From a virus, in the IMG/VR virus record IMGVR_UViG_3300028563_000012, positions 1-64,000 of that record: a DNA stretch of 64,000 bases; one strand, given 5' to 3'. Both the position numbers and the translations under genes were made by a program. The notes under the pieces are model-generated. The model was not told where the DNA came from. It searched no databases and saw only the letters and a program-made list of their open reading frames with translations. This document shows positions 52,770-63,091 of this stretch, one piece after another (position 1 is the stretch's first letter; each line of letters opens with the position of its first letter).

Positions 52770-53746
52770 CCTGCAGATCCTCCAATGTACTTCCAATAAG
52801 GTGATCCCGTTCCTGTCAAAAAGGCGCGCAGGTGAATCTCCTCACCGGCCGGGACTTCCCATGATGGGTAACTTCCTCCAACAAATGCCCCTTTGATTGG
52901 AGCAAGACTCGTTGTCCCCAAACTTGTCACAGCCATATCAGCAGTGAATGTCAGAGATATGTCTGTTCCATCATGGACACTAGATGGGACTTCGACGCCA
53001 ATCAACGGGCCTGTCCCTGAAACTTTCAGTTTTCGGGCTGTTGCAAATCCAGAAATGCCGCCACTTGAAATGCTGACAGCTGTGAAAGCTTCATCCGCGC
53101 CGCCAGATCCAGACATGCCTGCAGGGCCTTGGATGTTCCCAACCGGTGATCCCCAAGTCGATGGGCCTTTTTGGTAAACATCACCATTCGACATGTCCAG
53201 ATAGAAATCATCACGCACACCAAGCGTGCCGGCGGGAACGCCGGTGCCTTCGTACCATGCGGTGGGAGCAACCCGGTCACCAGGATCTGTCGTTCCCAAG
53301 TCAAGATAGAAATCTCCAACAGAGCCAAGCATCCCAGACGGAACGCCATCACCAGTCAACCAATTGCTGCCATCAGAAAATGTTATCCAATCTGTGGTGG
53401 CTGGCCCTGATTTGCCCCAAAAAGCAACATGCAATCCGGAAATTGGATCCAATTGCTGAGCAACAGATGGCATCGGGCGATCCAAGCCAACTCTTGGAGG
53501 ATCTACGGTCGAATCTGTGGTTGTTGGATCAAAGATGATTGCTTCCCAAACCAAGGCATGTTTTGCGATCTTGAAGCCGGCAATCTCGGCCACCAGCTTT
53601 GTGAAAGCGGATGTGATGATTTTTTGCTGCTCAAGCGGCAATTGCATGTAATCGGCAGGCAATCCAGACAGAAATGCCACACCAGCATCAGACTGCGCGT
53701 CACAAGTCTCATCGCCAATCAGCTTGCCTATTGGGTTGTCTGCCAT
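52766..53746 (-). CDS. Fibre-related protein with one and a half knob repeats
   Basis: WLTGDGVP..GDFYLD (half) and WYEGTGVP..DDFYLD..GDVYQK..WG..GNIQGP (full). Confidence 0.7.
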   Translation of the reverse strand: MADNPIGKLIGDETCDAQSDAGVAFLSGLPADYMQLPLEQQKIITSAFTKLVAEIAGFKIAKHALVWEAIIFDPTTTDSTVDPPRVGLDRPMPSVAQQLDPISGLHVAFWGKSGPATTDWITFSDGSNWLTGDGVPSGMLGSVGDFYLDLGTTDPGDRVAPTAWYEGTGVPAGTLGVRDDFYLDMSNGDVYQKGPSTWGSPVGNIQGPAGMSGSGGADEAFTAVSISSGGISGFATARKLKVSGTGPLIGVEVPSSVHDGTDISLTFTADMAVTSLGTTSLAPIKGAFVGGSYPSWEVPAGEEIHLRAFLTGTGSPYWKYIGGSAG

Positions 53747-53747
53747 G

Positions 53748-54503
53748 CTACTTCAACCATCCTAGCAGCGAGAGGAATGCCTCATCAGCACCCTCTGTGA
53801 GCAGCTCGTTGATATCAACCACAGCTTGGGCAAGACCGGGCTGCAACCCGGACAATGGCCCTTGGGCCGCTGCTTGCATGGACGTCAAATCCATGGAAAG
53901 TTTCTGAAGCAACGTGCTGAGCTTGTCCCAAAATAACGTGCCTTTTACCATCTTTTGATCAGCCTGGTCGCCGCCAACCCGGATCTTGCCATCAATCACA
54001 TCCAAGATGGTGTTGTTGAGATCAAACTTGATTTTGTCTGGTGTGATTGTTATGGTGTCTTTGGATTCTTGGCGCCCGAGTGTGATGGACTGCGCCTTCT
54101 CATCGAGGATGAGCATCAACCCGCCCTTGGACACGAAGCCACGGCGCTGAGGGTAGTTGGTCAGAAGCGCTTTGGGCAGCGGCATCCCGTTCTGCTGGCC
54201 TGTTGGAGGCGCATGCCGCCATCGCAACCCTGGATTCAGCATGAAGCGCTCGCCCTTGTACTGATCCAACCCAACGTCGGTCACATCTACCATGACTTCA
54301 ACGGTTGAGCCGACGTCTGGCATGAAGAGCATTGCTGCTCCGCCGAGGCTGCTGAAGGCATTCGAATCGGGCACAGCCCAATGCGGCAACTCCGTGGCTG
54401 CTCCCACCAGTGATTGGCAACGCACTTTGAGCCGTCCGCGTTTTTCGGGATCCGTGATGTTGGTCACGATGGCATAATGCGACTCTGTGATCGTGCCGCT
54501 CAA
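53748..54503 (-). CDS. Baseplate spike (gp5/gpV OB-fold)
   Basis: AIVTNITDPEKRGRLKV, WA.P, F.PDVGS.V.V. Confidence 0.88.
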   Translation of the reverse strand: MSGTITESHYAIVTNITDPEKRGRLKVRCQSLVGAATELPHWAVPDSNAFSSLGGAAMLFMPDVGSTVEVMVDVTDVGLDQYKGERFMLNPGLRWRHAPPTGQQNGMPLPKALLTNYPQRRGFVSKGGLMLILDEKAQSITLGRQESKDTITITPDKIKFDLNNTILDVIDGKIRVGGDQADQKMVKGTLFWDKLSTLLQKLSMDLTSMQAAAQGPLSGLQPGLAQAVVDINELLTEGADEAFLSLLGWLK

Positions 54504-55924
54504 AACCGCATCACCTTGTTGGCTGTGAATTCACACGTGTACGGTGCTGGAGCGACCATGTGGCGCACACGTGTGAAGAAATACTCTCCATCAAGTTGGT
54601 CGCCAAGCCCGAGCAGCGTGTGTGTTTGGCGCGCTCGCAAGGTTTCGGTGCCGATGACGGATCCTTGTACGGTGATGAAATTGTCTTGGCGCTTCTTGAA
54701 CCATTGCCAAAGGAATGCTGAGGCCTCATCCAGGTCGTTGAAGCGTCGGTTGGGAGGCACCGTCACGTCGATGGCGAAGCCGCCGGCCGCAATGCGCCAA
54801 CGTGCTGCATTTTCGAATGCGTGGACCATCGCATCCTTGGCCTTGCGCTTTAGCACATGCGAGGGTGATTCTCTGCGTGGCCGGTTGCTGTTGCGACGCA
54901 CTGATGGGGGGTTCTCTGTGGCAGATGCCTTCGCCAGCAGGCCGCCACCGCGCGTGAAAAATGGGCTTTCAGCGCTGTCTTCATCACCGATGCTGTGCGA
55001 TTCCCGAACTGACACCCATTGCTGGGCCTTGCCGTCCCAAATTAGAATGGTGGCCGCGGTGACGTTCTCATGCAACCCGTACTCAGGCATGGCATCGAGC
55101 AAGGTGCCCGTACCATTCACGCCGTACCTGAACACATACATCGGCTTTTGGTCGTGCTGGACAGCTTTCCAATGAAGCACCCAAACGTTGCGTTGGGTGT
55201 CGTAATCCACCCAGGCATCACGGTCGTTCAGGTTGGCCAAGCCCTTGACGATTTCCCAATGGTTTTGGTTCTTCTTGAGGATCACATCCTCGTGTCTGTC
55301 TGTGTGATCAATATCAAGATGGAACGCATGTTGCTCGGCGATGGCAACAACGACATCACTGTGCCTGGCTTGGCTGAAGACTTGTCCAAGATTATCAGCA
55401 CCACCGACGGGTTGCGAGACGATCGCCTTGGACTTTAGCCTGCTGCTCTTGATTGGGCTGGTGGCATGCGACATCTTCACGCTGGCATCATAACCCTTGA
55501 CTTCCAACACCGGCATGCCTTCACGTGGAAAGCGTGGTAAGTGTTTCTGCCAGCACACCCGGCCGACAAAATTCCACTTGTGGCCAAGTTGTCCATATCC
55601 AACACTGAGTTGGGCCTCATTTTGATAACTTGGCTGGAATACCTTGTGCGTATTCCAATCAGGCCAATCAGGATCCACCAGCCCTGGGTTGGTGATGTTG
55701 ATGCGCAACATGTCAGCCATGCCGATTGCGCTTTCATACTCGACTGATTCAATGTATTGGCTGATGTCTTGGCTGACAGTTATGCCGTTCACGTCCAAGC
55801 GGAAATTGGGCGCCAGGTCATCGCCGTCAACACGATTCCCTGGCGCGCCCAAGTCTGGTTTGTCCAGTGATGTGCGTGCGGCCAACATGTTGGCCATTAT
55901 CGGGGTGAATGAGAGAGGTGGCAT
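54500..55924 (-). CDS. Baseplate hub (gp27 / late control D-like)
   Basis: I.SVEYE....AD.L.I.I.N, VGY, V.GYD, G...LRA...L.GLG..LDGEYF..RVRH. Confidence 0.85.
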   Translation of the reverse strand: MPPLSFTPIMANMLAARTSLDKPDLGAPGNRVDGDDLAPNFRLDVNGITVSQDISQYIESVEYESAIGMADMLRINITNPGLVDPDWPDWNTHKVFQPSYQNEAQLSVGYGQLGHKWNFVGRVCWQKHLPRFPREGMPVLEVKGYDASVKMSHATSPIKSSRLKSKAIVSQPVGGADNLGQVFSQARHSDVVVAIAEQHAFHLDIDHTDRHEDVILKKNQNHWEIVKGLANLNDRDAWVDYDTQRNVWVLHWKAVQHDQKPMYVFRYGVNGTGTLLDAMPEYGLHENVTAATILIWDGKAQQWVSVRESHSIGDEDSAESPFFTRGGGLLAKASATENPPSVRRNSNRPRRESPSHVLKRKAKDAMVHAFENAARWRIAAGGFAIDVTVPPNRRFNDLDEASAFLWQWFKKRQDNFITVQGSVIGTETLRARQTHTLLGLGDQLDGEYFFTRVRHMVAPAPYTCEFTANKVMRF

Positions 55925-55925
55925 G

Positions 55926-56732
55926 TTAGGACGTGAGGATCAGCGATTGGCGAGGCTGCGATCGGAGCTGGTACATTTTGGAACGCAAGGCAAGGCCTGC
56001 CGGCGTCCTCACCAAGACCCTGGACATTGGTTCAACGATTCGATCAGCAATGGTCTGGTAGGGCGCCAACGGGATCACGGTGCCTGGCGAAGTCCCTGGA
56101 TGTGGTAGCGTCGGGTTGTCAAAACGGAGCAACGATCCAAGCATAGGATCGCCGTACTCAGTGAGGGCAATTTGCTCCCACGTATCACCATATTTGGTGG
56201 TGTAATAGTAGGTATGCGGCTTGGGCTGGTCTATCAGACCATAGCTCACGGGGTCATAGATGGCCAGGACGATGCCGAGAGTGACGCCGCGTAGCGTGCC
56301 ATCATTACGCAGCGAATCCCAACGCGGCTCGCCAAGCGACTTTACCACCACAGTTTCGTTGATGGTGTTGCCCCAAAGGAACGCGAAGCGAGGCGGCCGC
56401 GCCAGGCCGATGTCTTTCACAACGCTGCGTTTCAGATTGTCGTACAACTCTTGGATGTCTTGTGTGGAGTCATCGGCCCAAAGCTTCATGGTGAACTTGA
56501 AGCCTTTTTCCTTGCCATTGCTGTACTGGATGACGGGTTGGTCTTGCCCCATGGTGGCGATCTCGGTCCATTCACCTTCCCAACCTGTGTCCTGCATGTC
56601 AAGTGGCAGATACTGGAATTGGATCGCCTTGACCGTTTCGCCATCCTTGGTGCCTTTCAGGCGCCGTTGGTCAGACCAAACCGGGATGAGCTGTGGAAGC
56701 GGAGCCTGTGGTGTTACGCGTGTGGTGCTCAT
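55926..56732 (-). CDS. Tail tube initiator with LysM domain
   Basis: FQY.P, P.IQY..G, PP...F.WG, GDTWEQIA...YGDP..LR..NP. Confidence 0.85.
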   Translation of the reverse strand: MSTTRVTPQAPLPQLIPVWSDQRRLKGTKDGETVKAIQFQYLPLDMQDTGWEGEWTEIATMGQDQPVIQYSNGKEKGFKFTMKLWADDSTQDIQELYDNLKRSVVKDIGLARPPRFAFLWGNTINETVVVKSLGEPRWDSLRNDGTLRGVTLGIVLAIYDPVSYGLIDQPKPHTYYYTTKYGDTWEQIALTEYGDPMLGSLLRFDNPTLPHPGTSPGTVIPLAPYQTIADRIVEPMSRVLVRTPAGLALRSKMYQLRSQPRQSLILTS

Positions 56733-59083
56733 GTTTGCTCCGTCGAAGTGATGGCAATGAACTGACGCTGCCAAGGCGTCTGCGTGAATCCTGCGCGCTC
56801 ACCAATCTCTGCCTTGTGACGCGCGGTTGCGCCGGCTGTCTTTCGTCCATCCGTGTTGAGAGCAGCAGACAACTTGATGTCCAGCTTGTTTTCAACTTTC
56901 AAGTTCTTCTTCAGGTCGGAGATGTCCTTGGGCGACATCCGGGACATGTTGTCGCCGCTGGTCGATGTGGCTTGCTGTGCGAGCGACATGCCGCCTGAGT
57001 CACCGGTGCCGGACGCTCCGCCGTTGTCTGCCATCTTGGGGTTGCTTTTGCCCTCGGAAAAATCGTGAATCTTTTGGGCAGTAGCGATAAGGTTGTCATT
57101 TCCGACGCCGAGCCATGATGTGATGGCATTGAAACCATCAAGCAATGTCGCCAGCATGCCAGCCGCGGATCTGATAGCACCCACAACCCAATGCTCGATG
57201 GCGTTGCCGAGGACTTGTGCGACCACCACGATGCCGTCCCACATTGGCTTGAATTGCTCCCAAATCCATGCGCCAACAGATTTGAGAATTCCAAACCAAT
57301 GCGTGACTTCCCACACCAAGACATCCCATATGGGCATGAGTTGATCGAGGAGCCAGCTGCCAACAGCCTTCAGGACGCCCCAAGCGGCACCGAATATGAC
57401 CCCAAGAGCAGCGCCAACTGTGCTGATGTAATCCCATATGAATGTTGCCACGGGCATGATGTAACCCATGATTGTGTTCCAAAACCCTTCGATGGTGCTG
57501 CCCAAGCCCATGACCCAATCGACGGCACCGCCCAACCACTTGAACACTGCTCCGAGTGTCGTCATGATGGTTCCGAGCCATGATACCGCAGTGCTGAGCA
57601 ACCAACTTCCAATGGGCTCAATCCACTCGAGCACCTTGCTGATGAGCGGGAAGATGACACCCTTGAAGAACGTCACAAGGCCGCGGCCGACAGCCGTGAG
57701 GAACGTCCAGATGCCTTCGCCCAACGCCATCAGAGGCGCGCCTAGTTGCTTCAACCCTTCCCAAATGGGTTGGATGTATTGCCAAAGCATCATTGCTGCT
57801 CGTTTGATGGTGTCGAATGTTGACTCACCATCTTCACGGAACGCGAGGAATGCAAGCGCCAAACCGCCAACAACAAGGCCGATGGGCAATAAGAACGGCA
57901 TCAAGAATGATGCGGCGCTGATCAGGGCGCTGCCGATGGTCATGGCAATTTGGACCAATGCCCAGATCTTCGACGTGATGCTGGTGATGATGCCGATAAT
58001 TGGAACAGCAACTGTCATAATCAATGCAATTTGGGTCGCAATAGATGCGATTGTGCCGGCGGCCTTGCCGAAGTCGATGCCAAGAGATCCGGCCCAAGCC
58101 CGTGTCTTGTCGATGGCCCCGCTCAACCATTCATATGCGGTCTTGAGGTGGCCGTAGAATGTGATTACCTGTTCGACCAAAAAATCCCAAACAGGAACAA
58201 GCTTTGCGCTGATCGTCTCAGAAACACCATTAAGAGAATCGCTCCATGAGAAACCAACATCCACCAGACGCTTGATGGTCTTTTCGATGGACTCGAACAA
58301 ACCACCAAAAGCGCCACGCAGTGTCTTCATGATGATGGACTGCAGCGTTGTCCATGTTGCTCCAAACGACTCTCCAACCTTGTCGCCGTACTTGCCAAAC
58401 TGTTGGCTGATTTCCAGCACGCGTTTCAACCTGTCTTCAGGCTTCAGCGCCGCCCATTCCTGGTTGGTCTCCTTCAAAAGGCCCATGCTCTTGATCATGC
58501 CAACAAACGGATCGCGGTTGTTCATCATGCCGCGGGCCATGCGCTGGAGTGAGCCAGCAACATCGTCAAAGGACAACCCGGCTGACTTCAGTGCGCCAGC
58601 CATGATCATGGCGCCCTTAGTCACAGCGATCATTTGATTTGACGTAGCGCCAAGGCCGATCAATCCGGGTGACACCTTTTGGAAGACGCGCACCGCATCC
58701 TCCGTGGTGCCCATGGTGTCAGCTGCGACTTTGGCCAAGCGTGGCATGATTTGGTCGGCCAACTCGTACATCTCATCATAGGAGCGATGGGATGCAGCAC
58801 TGAAAACGATGGCAAGGCCCATTTTTGCCTGGGCAACTTGTTCGTTGGCTTCGAGTCCCTTGTGGACCAATTGCTCCAAGCCAACACCCAAGCCAAGGCC
58901 TGTGACCAAACTCATAGCGCTGAACTTGGACATCGAACCTTGAAGGTGCCCGATGTGTCCGCTTAACCCCTCCGCAGCATGGTCAACTCGATGAAAGCCT
59001 TCTTCAGCGACACGCATCTTGTTGACTGCTTGATCAGCATCAAACTTCAACACACCGCCGAGTCCCAAGGATTCAAATGCCAT
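56729..59083 (-). CDS. Tape measure protein
   Basis: 784 aa, helical with periodic Trp/Phe; follows the chaperone genes. Confidence 0.88.
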   Translation of the reverse strand: MAFESLGLGGVLKFDADQAVNKMRVAEEGFHRVDHAAEGLSGHIGHLQGSMSKFSAMSLVTGLGLGVGLEQLVHKGLEANEQVAQAKMGLAIVFSAASHRSYDEMYELADQIMPRLAKVAADTMGTTEDAVRVFQKVSPGLIGLGATSNQMIAVTKGAMIMAGALKSAGLSFDDVAGSLQRMARGMMNNRDPFVGMIKSMGLLKETNQEWAALKPEDRLKRVLEISQQFGKYGDKVGESFGATWTTLQSIIMKTLRGAFGGLFESIEKTIKRLVDVGFSWSDSLNGVSETISAKLVPVWDFLVEQVITFYGHLKTAYEWLSGAIDKTRAWAGSLGIDFGKAAGTIASIATQIALIMTVAVPIIGIITSITSKIWALVQIAMTIGSALISAASFLMPFLLPIGLVVGGLALAFLAFREDGESTFDTIKRAAMMLWQYIQPIWEGLKQLGAPLMALGEGIWTFLTAVGRGLVTFFKGVIFPLISKVLEWIEPIGSWLLSTAVSWLGTIMTTLGAVFKWLGGAVDWVMGLGSTIEGFWNTIMGYIMPVATFIWDYISTVGAALGVIFGAAWGVLKAVGSWLLDQLMPIWDVLVWEVTHWFGILKSVGAWIWEQFKPMWDGIVVVAQVLGNAIEHWVVGAIRSAAGMLATLLDGFNAITSWLGVGNDNLIATAQKIHDFSEGKSNPKMADNGGASGTGDSGGMSLAQQATSTSGDNMSRMSPKDISDLKKNLKVENKLDIKLSAALNTDGRKTAGATARHKAEIGERAGFTQTPWQRQFIAITSTEQT

Positions 59084-59092
59084 TGGCTTGTC

Positions 59093-59302
59093 CTATTTCA
59101 CTGTTGGCGCCGTCTGCGCGTTGGCTATCTTTTCAGCCTCCTGCCGTTTTGTCTCGTTCAACTTCTTGAGCAGCCAGACGCGTTCGCGCTGTGTACGTTG
59201 CCACAAGCCCACATCCGTGATGCCTGGAATGCTGTACAACAGCGCGAATTCTTGCTCCATGAGACTCACCCAGGTGTCGCCTGGACACCACGAGAGAAAA
59301 AA
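59093..59302 (-). CDS. Tail assembly chaperone -1 frame extension (gpT-like); also an independent 55-aa ORF from ATG 59260
   Basis: Slippery T TTT TTC at 59296-59302; the -1 frame stays open to TAG 59093 (..MEQEFALLYSIPG..ERVWLLKKLNE..). Confidence 0.7.
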   Translation of the reverse strand, partial: FFLSWCPGDTWVSLMEQEFALLYSIPGITDVGLWQRTQRERVWLLKKLNETKRQEAEKIANAQTAPTVK

Positions 59303-60120
59303 CGGTCATACACCCAGTTGATTGGTTGTATGAACTTGTGGTTGCAACCTTTTCTGTCGCATTGCAGATCAAGCGACATCTTCGGGCCTGCGGCGGCATC
59401 TTCGATCCAGCGTTTGCAGGTCTCCAAGTCATACTTGGACATCTCATCCAGGTCCTCATTGTTGAGGACAAAAGGCTCGGATGGGTCGCCTTCAGCTTTC
59501 ACGATGGACGTGCGGATCACCAAGCTGTCGCGCTCAGCCTCATTGGTTGAGGCGAAGTCCTGATTGGACGCGACGTCCCATTTCAAGGGCATGATCTTGA
59601 AGATGTTGAGGGTTTTACCACGGATTTGAAGGCCATCACGCAACGGCATCATGGCCGACAGATCCGTGATGGCGTCCGGGATGACTTTGACTTCCATGGT
59701 CCCGAGCAATGCGTTGATCTTCATGTGATTGGAACAACGTGGACACGATGGCTCCATTTTCACGGGCTCGTCAGGGCCCATGGCCTCGTAACGTGCCATG
59801 ACGTACATGTACATCACGTCTGCCATGTTCATTTGCGTCAGAAACAACTCACGCTCGCCATCCTTCATGTTGTCAAATGACTTTGAGCCAATGGAGTGCG
59901 CCATGATGGACATGGCGCGCGTCACGAATTCGCCGAACGTGGCACCGCGCAGTTTTTCCTTGGCTTCGCTGATTTGACGCTCCAGCTTGAACTTGAAGGG
60001 GCGGAGCTTGAAGTTGCGTTGGCGCGGGGTGTTTGGGGCTGCTGCAATGCCGATAGGCAGGTTGCAACCCAGCTCTTGCAGGGTCTTGATCTCAAGTCGG
60101 TTTGGTTTTTTGCTGTCCAT
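59266..60120 (-). CDS. Tail/baseplate assembly chaperone (two CxxC-type domains, T4 gp26-like)
   Basis: CPRC and CDRKGC; lies between tube and tape measure. Confidence 0.75.
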   Translation of the reverse strand: MDSKKPNRLEIKTLQELGCNLPIGIAAAPNTPRQRNFKLRPFKFKLERQISEAKEKLRGATFGEFVTRAMSIMAHSIGSKSFDNMKDGERELFLTQMNMADVMYMYVMARYEAMGPDEPVKMEPSCPRCSNHMKINALLGTMEVKVIPDAITDLSAMMPLRDGLQIRGKTLNIFKIMPLKWDVASNQDFASTNEAERDSLVIRTSIVKAEGDPSEPFVLNNEDLDEMSKYDLETCKRWIEDAAAGPKMSLDLQCDRKGCNHKFIQPINWVYDRFFSRGVQATPG

Positions 60121-60129
60121 CTTCCATCT

Positions 60130-60188
60130 CCAATTCACGCAAAAGCGTGTTGTGAGTTGGATGGGCGGAGCGCGGCCGCTCCGCCATC
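60130..60188 (-). promoter_or_regulatory. Two stem-loops between the tube and chaperone genes
   Basis: GGCGGAGCG-CGGC-CGCTCCGCC and CCAATTCAC...GTGAGTTGG, the latter overlapping the chaperone RBS. Confidence 0.55.
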
Positions 60189-60199
60189 ACAGGTTGTTG

Positions 60200-60640
60200 T
60201 TACGTCAGCGGCTTGATGTCGTCAACCGACATCTTCCAGGTGTCAACCGCCATGTCGCCTTCGTTCTTCATCTCCAGGTCCGAATTCTTGCGACCGGATG
60301 TGAACACGCCAATCAGCTGGAACTGGCGTGGCACACCAGCGCCGATCCGTTTCATGATGAGCACGGCCGCCTTCTTGTAGCCGGGTTGAACAGGATCCTT
60401 GCCCTGTTGGAACCAGGTTTCCATGGCCTGAACTTCGATGGCATGGTGGCTGGGAATTTCCATGGTGAACTCGGTCGCTTTGGTGTTGCCGCCGCTGGCA
60501 CGTGTCCTATCAGGAAGTTCCACAGTCTCCAACACCTCATCGAGTCCGCTCACCTTCACAGGGGTGAGCGGCGGCATCCCGACAACGATCAGGTTGTATT
60601 TGTTGACAGCAACGTGATTTTCTTGAATAACGCCTTTCAT
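60200..60640 (-). CDS. Tail tube protein (T4 gp19-like)
   Basis: VSGL.E..E, ME.WF, Y.K, F.L.G.F, SDL; 146 aa, follows the sheath. Confidence 0.85.
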   Translation of the reverse strand: MKGVIQENHVAVNKYNLIVVGMPPLTPVKVSGLDEVLETVELPDRTRASGGNTKATEFTMEIPSHHAIEVQAMETWFQQGKDPVQPGYKKAAVLIMKRIGAGVPRQFQLIGVFTSGRKNSDLEMKNEGDMAVDTWKMSVDDIKPLT

Positions 60641-60654
60641 TTGAACCCCTCCGA

Positions 60655-63081
60655 TTAGGACGATGACGATGTGGACTCGAAGATGCCGGCATTGCCGATG
60701 CGGATGATGAACCGCTCGATGGTGTCGGCCAGCTTCAAGCTGATGTCAGCATAGGCATCACCATCAGCCTGTGTGGCGTCGGTGTTGTTCTCGCTGTCAA
60801 TCTTGATGGAACAAGCGTCATCGAACGTCTTGCCCTTCAATGCTCGCTTGGGTTGGTACTCAGGCAAGAACATGCCTGTGATGCTGCTCTTCAGCAGAGC
60901 GTAGTTGTCGGGATCATTGAGCGCGAAGGTGATCCAGTCAAACGACGTGCGGAGCCAGTTCTCATAGTGGCTCATCATCTCGCGCTTGTGAACAAACTTC
61001 CATGAAGGATCAACAGAGATTGACCTGTCACCCCACAGGACGTAGTTGCCCTTGTTCTTCTTGATCAGGTTGATGCCCTGCGGATTGGTCATCTCCTCAT
61101 TCAAGACCGTGGTAAAGGGCAAGCGGACAACCCGGCCCAAGATGACATCGGTTCCAGCGGCAGGCTTGTGGTATCCGCCGTAATTCTTGGCAACCAGCGC
61201 CTCCTTGCCATGAATCATGCCCGTGGCAGGGGTGCGCTTCAGCTGTCCAGGCTTCTCAGGATCCGAAACATCCACGTAAGACGGGAAGCTGACTTTGCCC
61301 ATATCACTCCTGCCCAACGTATCGTTGATGTAGGAGATGGCACCTGCTTCGTCCACGACATCCACCGGGATCTCCGGACGGTATTGCCAGTTGAACGCCT
61401 CAGCAAGGGCAAATCCAGCTTTCTGGATGGACGTACTGGTCCTGTCGGGCGTTGCCAACTTGATCAAGCCCTTATTCTCTGACAGCAACTCACGCGCCGG
61501 GGTGAGTTGGCTGTTGAGTGCCACGGCAGTGTAATCGGTGTCGGACAAGCCAGACAGGCCGTCATAACCGTTGGTTGGAGTGGCATCGGTGTTGTCCGAG
61601 CCGCCCATGCGTTGCCGGTAGAACACCATGAAACGGTCACCAGCGGTCCCGCCGCCGTCGGTGATCAAATCGCCCGACTGCACCGTGATGGTGTTTTGGG
61701 TGTTCGAAACGATGTTGAAGCGCGCCCGCGGCTTGTTAACCAAGTCAGCGCACAACGTCCCGCCAACCAAGCTGTTGGGCTCGAATGGTGTGTAATCGAC
61801 TTCGATGACGTCGCCATCCTTGAACACCACGCTGCCGACCGTGATCGTGATCGGGGGCAACAACGGGCTGTAAGGTGCCGTGAATGCGAAAGCCTGGGCC
61901 GTCGTGTTGACATGCGTCAAAGCATCATGGACAACAGCTCCGCCTGCCAGGCGCTTGGACTTCATCGTGATGGTTGCGTTGCCAGCAGACACAGCGATTT
62001 CAAAGCGCAGAACATCTTTGTAGATGTGCTTTGTCGTGGTGGTTCCCAACGTGTAGGCCGGATTGGGCTGCGGTGAGACGCTGAGGTTGCGTGGCTGGAT
62101 GCAAACGCTGGTCAAGGTCGTGGAAGTTACGGCCGAAATCAAGCTTTGCTCGTTGGCCGGGCGTCGATCCGATGGCGTCGGGTTGGACGGCGACAACAGG
62201 TCAGAAACAACAATGTCATCGTTGCTCTGATCGTCGTTGATGATGCGCACGAAATAGCGCGGCGACGTCGGATCCATGGAGAGATCTGGCCAACGGTTCA
62301 TCTTTTGCCCATCGATGTAATAGGCCATGCTGAATTCGCTGGATGGGTTTTGCTCGCCATCATCGTACACAACTTGCATGCAACGCTCGGTGTTGTTGTT
62401 GTCGATGAAATTGGTCAGCACCAGCGTGTAGCCAAGATTGGTAGGGTCAGATCCGCCAGACAAATCAGCTGACATGTTGTCGTCAGCAGACACCGCAACG
62501 ACACCAACCGTGCTGTTGCCAGTGATGGCGTACTGCTTGGTTGGAACACCATCCAGTTGGATGTAGCCACCGGCCCACTCGTCCAAGAGCATGGTCAGAG
62601 CAGTGGTGAGCGCGTTGGCAGCGACAGCACCCGTGTTGGCCATCCGGCGCCAAATGACGCGTCGCCGGCCGGCCCAGCGGCCGCCATTGCCTGCGGTGAT
62701 ACGCATGATTGGACGGCTACGGCCGCCCGTAAGAGATTGAACGGTATCGCTCATCTCACGGCTGTAGACGTCGAAGGTGGCAGCGCGGATCGTTGCCGCG
62801 GCGATGCGCAACAGGTTCAACTCGCCGGCACCCTGCGACTCGGTCCAAAAGTCACGAGCACAGTCAGGACCATCAAAGCCGGAGATCAGATTCCCGGTCT
62901 TGCTCATCAATGAGCGCAGCGATGACGTCCGGATGAGTTTGTTGGTTGGGCCGCGGTCCAGGGGTGTTGCGTACACCGTCACGCCAAGCGGCGCAGGATC
63001 GATGTTTTTCTGGCCATCTGTTTCTTCGATGACCGTTCCAGCTCCAAGGGTTGGTCCGAATCGCCTTTGGCTCATATGCAC
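60655..63081 (-). CDS. Contractile tail sheath protein
   Basis: RGP.N, G.GGRW, PATGMIHG, KPAAG, NPQGINLI, LWGDRS, W.F, I.ID.ENNT. Confidence 0.93.
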   Translation of the reverse strand: MHMSQRRFGPTLGAGTVIEETDGQKNIDPAPLGVTVYATPLDRGPTNKLIRTSSLRSLMSKTGNLISGFDGPDCARDFWTESQGAGELNLLRIAAATIRAATFDVYSREMSDTVQSLTGGRSRPIMRITAGNGGRWAGRRRVIWRRMANTGAVAANALTTALTMLLDEWAGGYIQLDGVPTKQYAITGNSTVGVVAVSADDNMSADLSGGSDPTNLGYTLVLTNFIDNNNTERCMQVVYDDGEQNPSSEFSMAYYIDGQKMNRWPDLSMDPTSPRYFVRIINDDQSNDDIVVSDLLSPSNPTPSDRRPANEQSLISAVTSTTLTSVCIQPRNLSVSPQPNPAYTLGTTTTKHIYKDVLRFEIAVSAGNATITMKSKRLAGGAVVHDALTHVNTTAQAFAFTAPYSPLLPPITITVGSVVFKDGDVIEVDYTPFEPNSLVGGTLCADLVNKPRARFNIVSNTQNTITVQSGDLITDGGGTAGDRFMVFYRQRMGGSDNTDATPTNGYDGLSGLSDTDYTAVALNSQLTPARELLSENKGLIKLATPDRTSTSIQKAGFALAEAFNWQYRPEIPVDVVDEAGAISYINDTLGRSDMGKVSFPSYVDVSDPEKPGQLKRTPATGMIHGKEALVAKNYGGYHKPAAGTDVILGRVVRLPFTTVLNEEMTNPQGINLIKKNKGNYVLWGDRSISVDPSWKFVHKREMMSHYENWLRTSFDWITFALNDPDNYALLKSSITGMFLPEYQPKRALKGKTFDDACSIKIDSENNTDATQADGDAYADISLKLADTIERFIIRIGNAGIFESTSSSS

Positions 63082-63091
63082 TCCTCGACTT

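Noticed and set aside
49363-53746. Diversity-generating retroelement or invertase shufflon acting on the LamG genes
   Set aside because: No reverse transcriptase or invertase, no adenine-specific template/variable repeat pair, and all cassettes share one orientation.
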